Assembly (NCBI GenBank): GCA_002269645.1
Contig: NIVC01000333.1
Coordinates: forward strand, 10,335 to 74,334
Length of the DNA stretch: 64,000 nucleotides
Direction: 5' to 3'
Source of the DNA: Macrostomum lignano
Taxonomy: Eukaryota
Shown: piece by piece, positions 1 to 20,503 of the stretch
How the letters are laid out: each line of letters opens with the position of its first letter
Numbering within the stretch: the stretch's first letter is position 1
Made by a program: the position numbers and the translations under genes
Notes under the pieces: generated by a model
Told to the model about the DNA's origin: nothing
Databases searched by the model: none
What the model saw: only the letters and a program-made list of their open reading frames with translations

Positions 1-2
1 TG

Positions 3-491
3 AACTGGACCATCTACAGGGCGGCCGGCTCCCCAGGCGAAGGTCCATCCTTCACCGGCCTGAGCCACCCGGTCAGCCTGCTGGGCCTGTCCATCTGCAT
101 CTGCCTGGTGTCGGCCATGCTCGGCACCGAGTGGCTGATCCTGCAGCGGCCGGACAGCGTCGAGCTGGTCGCCTACGAAGGCGTCGCCTGGAGCCGTTGC
201 AGCCCGTCGAGTTTCTACGACGAAGGCCTGGCGCTCAGCTGCCTGTACCCGGCCGGCCTGCTGGTGGCTGCCGTGGTGTACTCGCTGCTCAGCTGGGACG
301 CCGATTTGACCGACTCGCGTCAGGTGGCCCTCGGCCTGCTGTTCTGCGCAGGGGCTCAGCTGTGCTGGGGCTGCGTGTCCACCCTCACCGGCTATAAGTG
401 GCGCGATCCGGCCATCTTCGTTGCTAACCTGGTAGCCGCCGGGGCAGTGCTGCTGTGTCTGTATGTGCGCAAAGTGGTGCAAGTCTGCCGG
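3..491 (+). CDS. Class C GPCR 7TM exon (GPRC5/bride-of-sevenless-like), 5'-partial; terminal exon unresolved
   Basis: Open frame from base 3 (NWTIY...SAMLGTEWLILQRP...RCSPS...LSCLYPAGLL...WRDPAIFVANLVAAGAVLLCLYVRKVVQVCR) with successive hydrophobic helices. EWLIL and WxDP motifs resemble 7tm_3/GPRC5. Phase-0 donor CGG|GTGAGC at 491/492. Confidence 0.7.
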
Positions 492-667
492 GTGAGCAGG
501 GAGAAATCTTCATCTGCTGAGGATCAGAACATCGCGTCTGGCGGATATCCGACTAAGAGCATCAGCATGGGTAGGTTGCGGCGGGTGTTCTGCTTGGTAT
601 CTGGGTGGTGGGTCGTGTCTCTTGATAAGACGAAGGGCCGAGGGTGCTCGATGGCTAAAGAAGAGGC

Positions 668-1025
668 GTCTCAAGGCTGAGGTGGAGGGTGTCTCAAGGC
701 TGAGGTGGAGGGTGTCTCCAGACTGAGGTGGAGGGTGTCTCAAGGCTGAGGTGGAGGGTGTCTCAAGGCTGAGGTGGAGGGTGTCTCAAGGCTGAGGTGG
801 AGGGCGTCTCAAGGCTGAGGTGGAGGGTGTCTCAAGGCTGAGGTGGAGGGTGTCTCAAGGCTGAGGTGGAGGGTGTCTCAAGGCTGAGGTGGAGGGTGTC
901 TCCAGACTGAGGTGGAGGGTGTCTCCAGACTGAGATGAAGGGTGTCTCAAGGCTGAGGTGGAGGGTGTCTCAAGGCTGAGGTGGAGGGTGTCTCAAGGCT
1001 GAGGTGGAGGGTGTCGCAAGGCTGA
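668..1025 (+). repeat. 23-bp minisatellite (GCTGAGGTGGAGGGTGTCTCAAG)n, ~15 copies
   Basis: Tandem unit directly visible; same unit recurs at 5827-6097. Confidence 0.95.
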
Positions 1026-2009
1026 ATCCAAAGGTGCCTCACAGGCTTAAAAGATTAGCTCGTCTATCGAGCCTGAATGTGTCCAAATTCTGAAGCAGGT
1101 GTCTCATTTCGTTTATTATGTGTATCTTGAAGTTGAGGCATTACTTCATTATTTCAGACGACATCAAAGTCACCTCCTAAGTCTGCTGGAGCCAACGCAG
1201 AATGTTAATGAATAGTGGCAGAAACCACAGTCTGAAGTAATATTTCAAGACAACTATTGATACTGGAATTTATTAATATTTTTGTTCTAACCCCTTAACG
1301 TAATCTGTTTTTATAAACCTATTAGCTTGATTGCCTATTGGTACATGCATAAACTTTAATCAGCCAATTATTTGCCATCAAGTTTTGTGATAACAATTTA
1401 GCTCTACACATTTTTATAGTGCAAAGATCCATGTACATGTATGAAGTAACCTGCCCTTACTTGCTGGATAGACACGGGTGTGCTCACCTCGAAAATTTTA
1501 ATCTATGGTGAAAACTGTCTCTAAGCTGTTTCCGCTTGTTTCATTTGTTTCGCAACAATATGCGAGAGCGCTACTTTCAGTAGCGTAGATCATAAAAGGT
1601 TTTTAATATAAAATTTTTGTATCCACTTGATGACGTTAAAATAAAAGTTGGCTTTGAATAATAAATGATTTTTATGAAAAATCAACGGAGCTCCTTAACT
1701 CACATGTTTAAATGCCATCTCCCACTTCTGTTTATTAATTTTCACAATAGAACTTAAGTTTTAAACAGACAGAATTGAAGACGAGTTTTGAATCTTTGGC
1801 CTTATAAACACCTTTTTTCCTGCGGAGGGCTGCGGGCACCCTGGCGCAACGCCTTGGCGACGTGGTTCCGCAACCAGCGCTGAGCAATTCTGCCCATTCC
1901 GCTGACTCCTGAGCACCTGCAAGCGTGCCAATACTGTACGCACTCAATTAATTATTAATCAATAATAATAATTGATTACACCTGCCCTAATGGACACATG
2001 TGCAACCGA

Positions 2010-2258
2010 CAGCTCAGCCGCAGCTATTGCGCGGCGCATCTGAAGGCTGCGTACGGCTGTTCAGTCCAAGGACTGGGGGGTCGCCACACACCCTCAATTA
2101 CCCCAGCTAATGCTGGCACCCATTTTACAGCTGGGTGAACTGAAGCAATGCAGAGTTAAGTGTCTTGCTCAAGGACACAAACTGTTCCAGTGGGATCGGG
2201 AATCGAACCCCTGACCATCAAGTCGTAAGTCCGACGCTCTAACCACTAGGCTATAAAC
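2010..2258 (-). mobile_element. tRNA-derived SINE with CORE-like domain, copy 1
   Basis: Minus strand reads TAGCCTAGTGG (A box)...GGTTCGATTCC (B box), then TGTGTCCTTGAGCAAGACACTTAACTCTGCATTGCTTCAGTTCACCCAGCTGTAAAATGGG, which resembles the MIR/CORE consensus. Second copy at 52743-52965. Confidence 0.8.
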
Positions 2259-3599
2259 ACACGCTCACACAGGGTGTACCGCGGCCCTGACTTTCCAATT
2301 GGTCAGGCATGTACACTCTGTGTGCCTTGGTGTGGCACAAGTCAGACGCGTTTACCACTAAGTTGCCCTGCCTCATCTCTACCTATAAAAATCAAAACTC
2401 TGTGTGTGTGTGTGTGTGTGGACAATTTTGATCGCTATGGACTCCCAAACCGCTCAACCAAATTACACCAAACTTTACACCCACCCTAAACTTACTACGG
2501 AGAATGTCTTAGGCTACCTTTTAATTTCCTAGACTCAAGTCTTCCTACCTAAAAGTGCAAAAAACTGCTCAAAATGCGCGATTTTTTCACTAAATCCTCC
2601 ATAGCGCCGCTCCACTTCTACCGATTCTCTTCAAATTTGACACAGACAATTTTCAACTATTTTGACACAATCGTGTAAAATTTCAAATCTCAAAGTTAAT
2701 CCTGAGCGGTGCTGTGCACTTTTAAAGTTAGGCTGTTTTTTCAGCGTAGCAACCACCCCAACCTCCGCCCGCCTGCCTCTCTTTCCCGATCTGGACCCTG
2801 ATGTGTAAAAGGGTTTCAAAATTGACTAACTTTCAGCTGCCATAAGTTTGCTCCACGTAAAGCGATTGACTTCAAACTTGACACAATTCTTTATTGACTC
2901 ATTCTCTGTCTAAATGTAAAGTTTCAACTCTGTAACTCAACCGAAAAAGAAACTGTAAGCATGTGAAGTTTGTCTGCTTTTTCTGTTGTTTGTGGCGCTC
3001 AACTCACTCATTCCCGCAGTCCAGACGAAGGGTGAGGCGATAGGGCTCAATGTACATAGCGAATGTACAGTGTTTTGGAATAGCTTTATTTATAACCTTC
3101 TCTGCACCCCGAGAGTGGAGAGGCTACGTTTAGCCATAACAGTTTAGTGAGAAATTCTAACCACTGCCCTCCCCTCTGTATTGGCAAACTCTGCAGCAGT
3201 TTAACACTGGATGGCAATTGGCAAATCGAGGGAATCCAGCATGGTTTGTAAAAGCGAAAGATTTATGAAAAGGCGATGCGATGCAATGCAATATAACCCT
3301 ACTAAATTAGGCACACCATGGAAATTTTAGGTTTCTTTTAAAGGTACTGTGTAAATTTTAAATGGCCTCCTAAGAAATGCGTATTTCCTTGGTTGTTAGA
3401 CTGATGCAGACTGCAGTGGAGCTGAAGATACAAAAATTCTTTTCAGGGCTTGCAAATTGTCAAGAAAGATGACATGATCAAAGCATGAGAACAGCCATGA
3501 GAGTACTACGTCCCACAAACTGGCTTTCCAAGCAGGAATGGGCAGACTTTTACCTCTAAGTCCAGAAAAGAATCCAGCTTATGGCTGAGGGCAGTTGAG

Positions 3600-5095
<1,496 letters not shown>

Positions 5096-5826
5096 AATTT
5101 TAAAGGATCCAAGGGACATAGGGAGAGTCAGGGAGAGACCAGAGTTTAGCAATATATGTTTTAGAGTCAGACAGACATTGCCTGACATTCTGCGCAGTAC
5201 CCCAGCCAACAATATCAACGTTTGCCTCAAACCCTAATTTTACACGAATGTGCTCCATTTTATGTCTACCTCTATCCTACTATTAATTTGTTAGTGTATG
5301 GCCTTAGATTTCAGAATACATGCAAAAGTAGTTCCGGAGATTAGAATTCCCCGGGTTCAAAATCCGCGGGTTTCAACAGCTTGTTTTTTCTATAATATCT
5401 AGATAATATTTATTTTACTTATTGATTTCAGTACTTAAAATACTCTTTTTACTATTAGTACTCAAAAATTGTTTTCAATTGTAAACAGGCAAACAGGTTT
5501 TTCTAGAAATTTCCAGAGACTGATAAATACCCCATCAAAGTGCTGGTACCCGCATATGACACAATACTGATCCATCTAGAACCTCCGCACTGCCAAGTAA
5601 ACTGCTCTATCAGCCAGCTCAAGCACCTGTGTACTTTCAAAAGTCACGTGACAGCTCCATTTATTGGTGTTACATAAACATGTATTGAATGAGAGCTTGT
5701 CCCGGCATGGACAGCTAAAGCACTCGCAAGTTTTGCGAGCGGCTCACTGAATATCCCTTGTCGCTATTAAAGCTTTTCCATTTTTGGCACACTGTGACAA
5801 ACAAGCAACTAAATTCGTAGTTATGT

Positions 5827-6097
5827 GCTGAGGTGGAGGGTGTCTCCAGATTGAGGTGGAGGGTGTCTCCAGACTGAGGTGGAGGGTGTCTCCAGACTGA
5901 GGTGGAGGGTGTCTCCAGACTGAAGTGGAGGGTGTCTCAAGGCTGAGGTGGAGGGTGTCTCAAGGCTGAGGTGGAAGGTGTCTCAAGGCTGAGGTGGAAG
6001 GTGTCTCAAGGCTGAGGTGGAGGGTGTCTCAAGGCTGAGGTGGAGGGTGTCTCAAGGCTGAGGTGGAGGGTGTCTCAAGGCTGAGGTGGAGGGTGTC
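5827..6097 (+). repeat. 23-bp minisatellite, second block, ~12 copies
   Basis: Same unit and orientation as 668-1025. Confidence 0.95.
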
Positions 6098-6940
6098 CTA
6101 AGACGCATCTCAATTCTCATCATACCAAAAATGTTGAGGTTAAACAAAAGCACAGATCTTTGCAAAATCCGTTTAGAAAACAAAACTCTCTAAATTTATG
6201 TTTTGGGAATTATGTTTTATTTTAAACTGAACGTGCATGCATAGTTTATAGCACATAATAAGTGCAATCCAGGCTACCTTACTGATATATGGCGGTGTTT
6301 GAGTCAGCGACAGTTTTATAGTCTCATAGGACTCCAACCCTACTTATTATGACCAGCAGCTACCTAAGCTAATGAAATTTCCATACGCGATCGTTCCCTC
6401 CATTTCATTATGAAATTAACCGGTATGGGAATCTGGGTTGAGTTCAGGCCCGCAGGCTCATGCTGCTGACTACAGGCATATTTCTCTCACTGGCCCTAAA
6501 TCTTTCCAGTGCAAACGCATGTAGAGGCTCGATTAAGACTGATTATTTATGCGTCCGCAGGCGCGCCCGGCAAACAGGATAAATGAGTCAGTATTGTGCA
6601 GTTAATAGGACAGTCTTACCTTACTCAGCTATGCTAATCTCGTATCCCGTATGTAGGCCAGCGCAGTTTTCAGACATCTGCCCTGTCAATCGGTTGCTAC
6701 TGTATGGAAATCTGTCAGCCTCTTTTTTGATCGGATCTTTTCCATTCAAACCGCTGGAACCTCAGCAGTTATGCGACTGAACCTGGTTAATGCTGAGGGC
6801 GCAATCTTAAAATATAACAACTGCTGCCGCACATATTCTCAGGATGAGATTATCAATATAAATATTCTCCCAGGACGATGAAAGTACGAAATTCTCAGGT
6901 TGAGACTTTTCGTCAATAATTCTCATAAAGAGAGGCTTTC

Positions 6941-7255
6941 AGGGATGGTGTTCTCATGAAGAGAGACTCTCAGGGATGGTGTTCTCATGAAGAGAGACTC
7001 TCAGGGGTGGTGTTCTCATGAAGAGAGACTCTCAGGGGTGGTGTTCTCATGAAGAGAGACTCTCAGGGGTGGTGTTCTCATGAAGAGAGACTCTCAGGGG
7101 TGGTGTTCTCATGAAGAGAGACTCTCAGGGATGGTGTTCTCATGAAGAGAGACTCTCAGGGATGGTGTTCTCATGAAGAGAGACTCTCAGGGGTGGTGTT
7201 CTCATGAAGAGAGACTCTCAGGGATGGTGTTCTCATGAAGAGAGACTCTAGAGAG
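6941..7255 (+). repeat. 31-bp minisatellite (AGGGATGGTGTTCTCATGAAGAGAGACTCTC)n, ~10 copies
   Basis: Period 31 visible; degenerate units extend upstream to ~6830. Confidence 0.95.
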
Positions 7256-7849
7256 ACTAAAATCAGGCCAATGAGAGGCCGCGTGACAACTCCACCGAGC
7301 ATGATGTTGTACGCGAATTTGAGTGAACGGGCCAAGGCTGAAGGCTTAAAAGGCTTACTGCCAAGTCTTATCAGTGCCTGTAGCTCTAACTGTTTGCTTT
7401 AAGCAGGCATGGATGGGAGGGCTTTAGCTAATGTGTGCAGCCAGCAAATCTCAGTTTATCCGTGCTCAGCTCAAACAGAGTCAATAGTATAGACTCAAAA
7501 GCTCTAGCCAGCACAGATCGAGCACTTTGCGTCATCACCGCCTACCTGTGGCCAGGCTCTGCAATAGAAATACCGTACTGCTATGCACTTTTCGATCATA
7601 TAAATTTTAACTAATGTAAAAATTGACAAAACTAAGAGTTAGTACTAAGTGAAGCTATTTTAGTAGAATTCATAAATGATAATATAGGGAAATACATTTT
7701 TAAAATACAATATAAGTCAATTAATGATTTACAACAATCAATTTTTTTTAAAGTTCTTCTTTAAAGAGTTGCCTGTACTTCTAAAGATTGAATTTAAAAA
7801 TGAATTTACTATTCTCAGGATTTATGCTCCGACAACTGATAGTGACAGT

Positions 7850-8160
7850 ATATCTGGAGAGGAGAGCTAGTCTAATCTCTAAAATCATGGAGCTCAAGTC
7901 ATAGATTCTGGAGAGAAGAAGTGGCGATGCCCTAACTAAGCCATGATGATTCTGAAGAGGTAAACTGCGCATACACCATTATGGAGCTCTAATAATAGAA
8001 TCTGGAGAGGCCAACTGGGGCATAAACTATTTTGGAGCTCGAATCATGCAATCTGGAGAGGCAAACTGGCATAAACAATTATGGAGCTCTAATCATAGAA
8101 TCTGGAGAGGTTACCTGGGCGCAGAAAATATGGAGCTCTAATCACAGAATCTGGAGATGG
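7850..8160 (+). repeat. Degenerate ~47-51-bp tandem repeat (ATGGAGCTCTAATCATAGAATCTGGAGAGG core)
   Basis: TGGAGCTC and TCTGGAGA motifs recur at ~47-51-bp spacing. Confidence 0.75.
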
Positions 8161-8704
8161 ACTCTGATTTGCACATTTAGAATTTATCAGAAATAATATT
8201 GGTTCCTAATAGACAAGAACATTCTGAAAGTGCACAAATCAGTAAAACAATTGATTACAAACAAGGAGCACGTTTACCATATGCACAATAGTGAAAAATG
8301 AAAATGCACAGATGAAAGTTAGAACAGATAATTTTATACACAACACAAGCAAGAATATGGGACACAGAACTCAGTATTAAATGTAAATTAAACGAGACAA
8401 GCATTCCATTTGACGGCATCAATGATTATGACAGAATTGAAACTTTAAAATGTTAAATGTTAATTTCTAATTGCAAAGCTTTTCGAAACTATGAAAATAT
8501 CATTACAAAATCGATGAGTGCGAGGTTCTAAAATCGTGAAAAAGTTTATGAAGGACTGTCATAAATGTTCACAAAACTCATGTAATTTTATTTTATATCG
8601 GTATCTCGCGAATGCACGGGAAAAGCATGCCTGTCGTGGACTACCGCAGTTCATGGAATTTGGACCATCGTCCAAATTTTAAAACAGACCGACACGCAGA
8701 GGGA

Positions 8705-9072
8705 CACCCACCCCCAAAAACTTCACCCCAAGAACACCCACTCCCACAAACACCAACCCCCACAATCACCCGTTTCCCAACTTAACGCACACCCCACAAA
8801 CACCCATTCCCCATCAACGCACGCCCCACAAACACTCATCCCCCATCAACGCACACCCCACAAACACCTATCCCCCAAAAATTCACACCCCACAAACACC
8901 CATCCCCCAACAACGCATACCCCACAAACACCCATCCCCAACAACGCATACCCCACAAACACCCATCCCCCAACAACGCACACCCCACAAACACCCGTCC
9001 CCCAACAACGCACACCCCACAAACACCCGTCCCCCAACAACGCACACCCCACAAACACCCGTCCCCAACAAC
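8705..9072 (+). repeat. AC-rich ~32-bp minisatellite (CAACAACGCACACCCCACAAACACCCATCCC-like)
   Basis: Tandem units visible; source of the GVCGVCVVG artefact ORFs. Confidence 0.9.
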
Positions 9073-9207
9073 AGCGCTTTCCTGCTATTGCATTTAAGAA
9101 ACAAAAAAGGACTCCACTAAAAATACAAAGTTTTGGAGTTCAGCGTCCTTGTTATTTAGTAGTCCTTGCAGAAATACAGCTTGAATTATGACCGATGCAC
9201 CAGGTCG

Positions 9208-16298
<7,091 letters not shown>

Positions 16299-17554
16299 GG
16301 GCCGATGGGGGCTGATGCAAGCCGGGTAATTCGTCTAAAATTATATAGAATAATACCGCTAAAATAAACTAATAAAATGCCAGTATATTATTCTTTGTGT
16401 GCATTATTCTTCATTTAATTTTTTTATGAAAACTAAACAGTAAAATAATAATTGCTAAATTCCATAGTTTAAAATGGAAATCATACAATAATATATACTA
16501 TGAACATATCTTACTTAAGCAGCAATTTTAAGAAAAAATTTCCATGAAAATATTTCTCAAAACTCACAAACTCTATAAGTAACACCTCAATATTCAACAA
16601 CTGACATTTTATTTAAACTGTTTTTTTCACCCAGGAATGAATACATTTCTGTTTCGGCCATTCAAAAGTTAGTTACAAATAATCTGCATGCTATACATGT
16701 AAATGCTACAATGTACATGCATTTTTAAATGCAACTTACCAGACTCCAATTCCTGGGGGAAACAGTGAGATGTCTTGTTGTTTGAATTTTTTTAGTATTG
16801 TTATCCTATGATGCTTTTTTATACCGTTGCAAAAAACTTTAGGTCGTATGAACAAATTCTACAATGAAATTATGTTACTATCTGCCTCCACTGTATTGAC
16901 TGTCACATTGACATTTGCGCAGCAAACCGTTCTTTGCAATTAGAAAAAAATTGAGTGCTTCCTTCTCGTTTTCTGTCAAATATCTTTTTAGGCAAGGGAG
17001 CATTGCTGCTTCTACGTACTTGTAGACTTAATGCAAGGATGTATCGAGAAAGTTTAAAAAAGTCCTTTACATTTTATCGATGAAAATTATAACAAAGTTT
17101 GAACTAACCTTTGTAGGCATGCTTAACTAAATTACCTTTGTAAAACACGTACAGCGAATTTTATTTCGATATGCTTTAAATATTATTTAAGTTATATTTT
17201 TATTGTTAACAGTGAAGACGGGCATAATAACGGATGGCAAGGCATATTAGGTGATTTCGGTCTTCAATGTACCCTAATTCCTAATGAGTCGCAATTTACA
17301 TGCGCGTCGATGTCAGCGGTAAAATATCCAGGGAAAACGGAATGCTGAGAAAGGTAAACTAATCGTGATTGCAAAGTTGTGATTTATGCGAAATAATCGA
17401 TTTACTTGAAAAAAAACGTTTAAAATAATGACAAGACCAATTTAACATGAAAAATCAATCATGCTTAGAGCAGCATGTGAGACACAAAATAGTGTGATTA
17501 GGACTTTCTCTGACACTGTTAAGAGACCCAATCACTGTTTTAGTGTTGAAAATC

Positions 17555-17843
17555 GTGAAATTTCCAATCTCCGTAGTGTATTTTTCCGGTGAAACCTGCC
17601 TTTAAAACTATTTCTGAACGAAAAGCTTTATGAATATCGATAGAGCAATAAGAAAGGCACAACATATCAAAAGATGAACACTGGATCTGCCTCCTATCAA
17701 AAGCAATAACAATTTTTGTGCTGAAAAAATTAAAACCTCCTATCTCTGTAGTGTATTTTTCGGCGAAAAGTTGCCTTCAAAACATTTACCATAGATTTCG
17801 AGTGTTGCGTCCTATATATATGTTACTACTTGAGTAGTCCTTG
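17555..17843 (+). mobile_element. Right-end fragment of the CAAGGAC-TIR MITE family
   Basis: 17613-17785 closely matches 27187-27360. Ends in CTACTTGAGTAGTCCTTG (17843), like the CTACTTAAGTCGTCCTTG end of 26716-27403. No left end or TSD found. Confidence 0.7.
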
Positions 17844-18343
17844 TATCACATCAGCAAAAAATCTAGAGAATCAATCTCTTAGCTTTTTTATAAATCACTA
17901 CTTTAACTTTCCCCAGTAGTCGTATCTATAGTTGGTCCCCAAAAATTATCAAAGATGATTGTGCATGGTACATGTAATTAATTAGCTCCTATCAGTGTAC
18001 GAGCGTCGAGCGTATTGCAGCTTTTTTACTATCCGATGAACTATACGGACGATTGATTTACAAACAGAGCGATGTACGACTAAATCTTAGCTACTTTCTA
18101 CATGTATAGATGCAAAATATGAGAGTACACAATAAGCGGTTTTAGTTGCGCATCGAAACCTCCCATTAGAAAATATTCTCTAAGCCCCTGGAGGCGGAAT
18201 TCGTACACACGCTTTGTATTGAACAACGATTTACTGAACGACTCTCACACGTACCGAATTAAGTTGATGGATTCGATTCCGTTCGCGGCAACATTAATAT
18301 TTGCCTCTTACACGAAAATTGTCCTGCTGGGGCTTAATATTGT

Positions 18344-18525
18344 CGTGTAATTCATCGGCCATGGGTGCGCGCCGCCACCGAGGTTGCATCGTGTAATTCA
18401 TCGGCCATGGGTGCGCGCCGCCACCGAGGTTGCATCGTGTAATTCATCGGCCATGGGTGCGCGCCGCCACCGAGGTTGCATCGTGTAATTCATCGGCCAT
18501 GGGTGCGCGCCGCCACCGAGGTTGC
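18344..18525 (+). repeat. Four identical copies of a CpG-rich 46-bp unit (CGTGTAATTCATCGGCCATGGGTGCGCGCCGCCACCGAGGTTGCAT)
   Basis: Period 46; no unique spacers. Confidence 0.95.
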
Positions 18526-19012
18526 AAAGCAGTTTTTATGCCCAATTCCGCTGCATGATACCCGATCATGCACGCACGTCGCACACGCACGATACGCTCC
18601 ATGTACGCAGACGCCCTCGGCCAAACAAAGTGCACTGCAGTTGCATCATTCATTACTCGTATCAGCAAGCTAGCATATATAAACATATGTAGACAGTAAT
18701 TTCATTTGGGATAATGCGACTGTCGATCGCAGCTCGATTTTTGGCGATGCCCAAAAGATCCCTTCTGTAGACTACATGTACAATGTAGGAGGGTGTTTCC
18801 GAGACCTTTAGCCATATTACGAGTACTTTTTCCCGGCCCTTTGCATAGAAATTCCGAACACAATTATTAACGAGTATGTATTCATTTTTGAATCAATCTG
18901 GCTAATTACGTTCTATATATTCTGTAAACTTCTTTTTTATATGAAAAAATGCAAGCTGCTAAGAATACCCGAGCAGGTATTTTGATACTATATGACCATT
19001 TCAGCATACAAC

Positions 19013-19191
19013 CAGGGACTACTCAAACACCGGGACGGGAAACTAGGATTTTTTTACGAGGCTGGTCTATCATCAGCAGTAGAAAATAACCATAGACAAC
19101 AAAGTAACACAGCATCTCTCTAATGAAAATAATTGCCAGCCAGCCTCGTAAAAAATTTTTGTTTCCCGTCCAGGTGTTTGAGTAGTCCCTG
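19013..19191. mobile_element. 179-bp MITE with ~50-bp imperfect TIRs (CAGGGACTACTCAAACACC...GGTGTTTGAGTAGTCCCTG)
   Basis: Inverted termini visible and related to the CAAGGAC family; no TSD immediately adjacent (see findings). Confidence 0.8.
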
Positions 19192-19549
19192 TACCCGAGC
19201 CTAGCCATCATGTGCATGTTCTTTCTCTGACAGGAAGGGACCAAGCCAGGAAGGGGTCCATGAGAATTGCCCGTCGAGATTTGTCCGCCCAGCTTTTCCA
19301 GCCGAGATTTGCCCGCAATGCTTTTTCCTGTAGCGCATTAGCCACGCGGCAGATCTTGTCTGCATTGCCCCCATGCTTAGTAATTGTCTTACATGTAATA
19401 AAAGATTTTACCCGATGGTTGCAGTATGGTCGCCAACCAGAACCAAAAATGAACAATCCCGCTAGCTCGGTAGGTTGTCAGCTAGCCCAGTAGGTTGTCA
19501 GCTCTCCCGGAGACTACCCAGGCTACCCAGTCAAGGCCCATACTGTTCC

Positions 19550-19727
19550 CTGGGTGATCCACATTGACTTCCGCGAATCAGACAGATCGATCAAACGCCG
19601 TCTATTACGCTGACCTACTCAGGTGGGCCAATTTGCCACAAAAACTATAGCTGAGAAACGGCCTGGAAAGCTCGGGCTCATGCATGCTCGGGGCAGCTTC
19701 TCCACAGTGACAATGCCCGGCCTCAAC
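19550..19727 (+). mobile_element. Degenerate mariner (Tc1/mariner) transposase fragment
   Basis: With frameshifts reads GVIHIDF...INAVYYADLL...KTIAEKRPGKL...LLHSDNARP, matching the mariner segment around the second catalytic Asp (HDNARPH). Confidence 0.7.
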
Positions 19728-20503
19728 CGATCGTCTGGATCCCTTCGGGCACTATTTTATCTACCTGACTGAGGTGAAACACAAGCTGAACGCATGACTA
19801 CACCAATAAGCTTCTTATTGGACGGCCTTCGCAAGTTCGTGCGTCAAGAGGTCAAGAGGCTTGCAACAACTTTCTCTAATTTGAGTTCTTATTTCGAGCA
19901 ACTGAATTCCTGTAGTAAGTAACTTGAGAAGCATTGAAATTATTGAAATTACTTCATGCCCAGACTGTGAGTAGTGGCAGTCCAAGGACACACAAAATCG
20001 TGGCTTCATTTATTGTTATTTTTAACGTCTGAGACACAGCAACAATTCTATGTACGCAAAACTAATGGGCTAATTTGACAAAAAGGCTAGAGAAATACAA
20101 ATACCCAAATAGCATTTTTAACTGATAACGCGAATAATAAATCAAAAAGGGCTTGAGAATAGTACAATCATTCAGAGCAGGAGAGAGGAAAATGTTGACA
20201 CAGGAAATACACCGAATTGCAAAATGATTAAAAAAACTCAACAAACAGAAGAAAAACTCTATTGTGACTGCAATGTGATCTGCTACTTTTGTGATAACAA
20301 TGACCCAAAACCGCTGCTAGTCCGCCACTGACAAGTAATATGCAGATTAAATTAAAGTTTGCAAATCTGCAATAGCAATGGAAACTATTGAAGTTAAATA
20401 TAAAGATAACCAACTAGTTAGTTTGAAGTCTTAAAGCAGAGCAATTGTCGGAAATTTTGATCCATAGGATGCAAATAATGATGCTGGTGCAGCCAAGCAT
20501 GAA

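Noticed and set aside
2190-2258. Functional tRNA gene
   Set aside because: The tRNA-like part runs directly into a SINE body shared with a second copy; I could not build a convincing cloverleaf.
9102-9168. Tiny element ending in TAGTAGTCCTTG, like the MITE family terminus
   Set aside because: Only one convincing end and no TSD.
18344-18525. CRISPR-like appearance of this and other 20-58-bp arrays
   Set aside because: Head-to-tail units with no unique spacers, no cas genes, and spliceosomal-intron context.
19815-20413. Short minus-strand ORFs downstream of OSTC as another gene
   Set aside because: No recognisable homology and no consistent splice chain.
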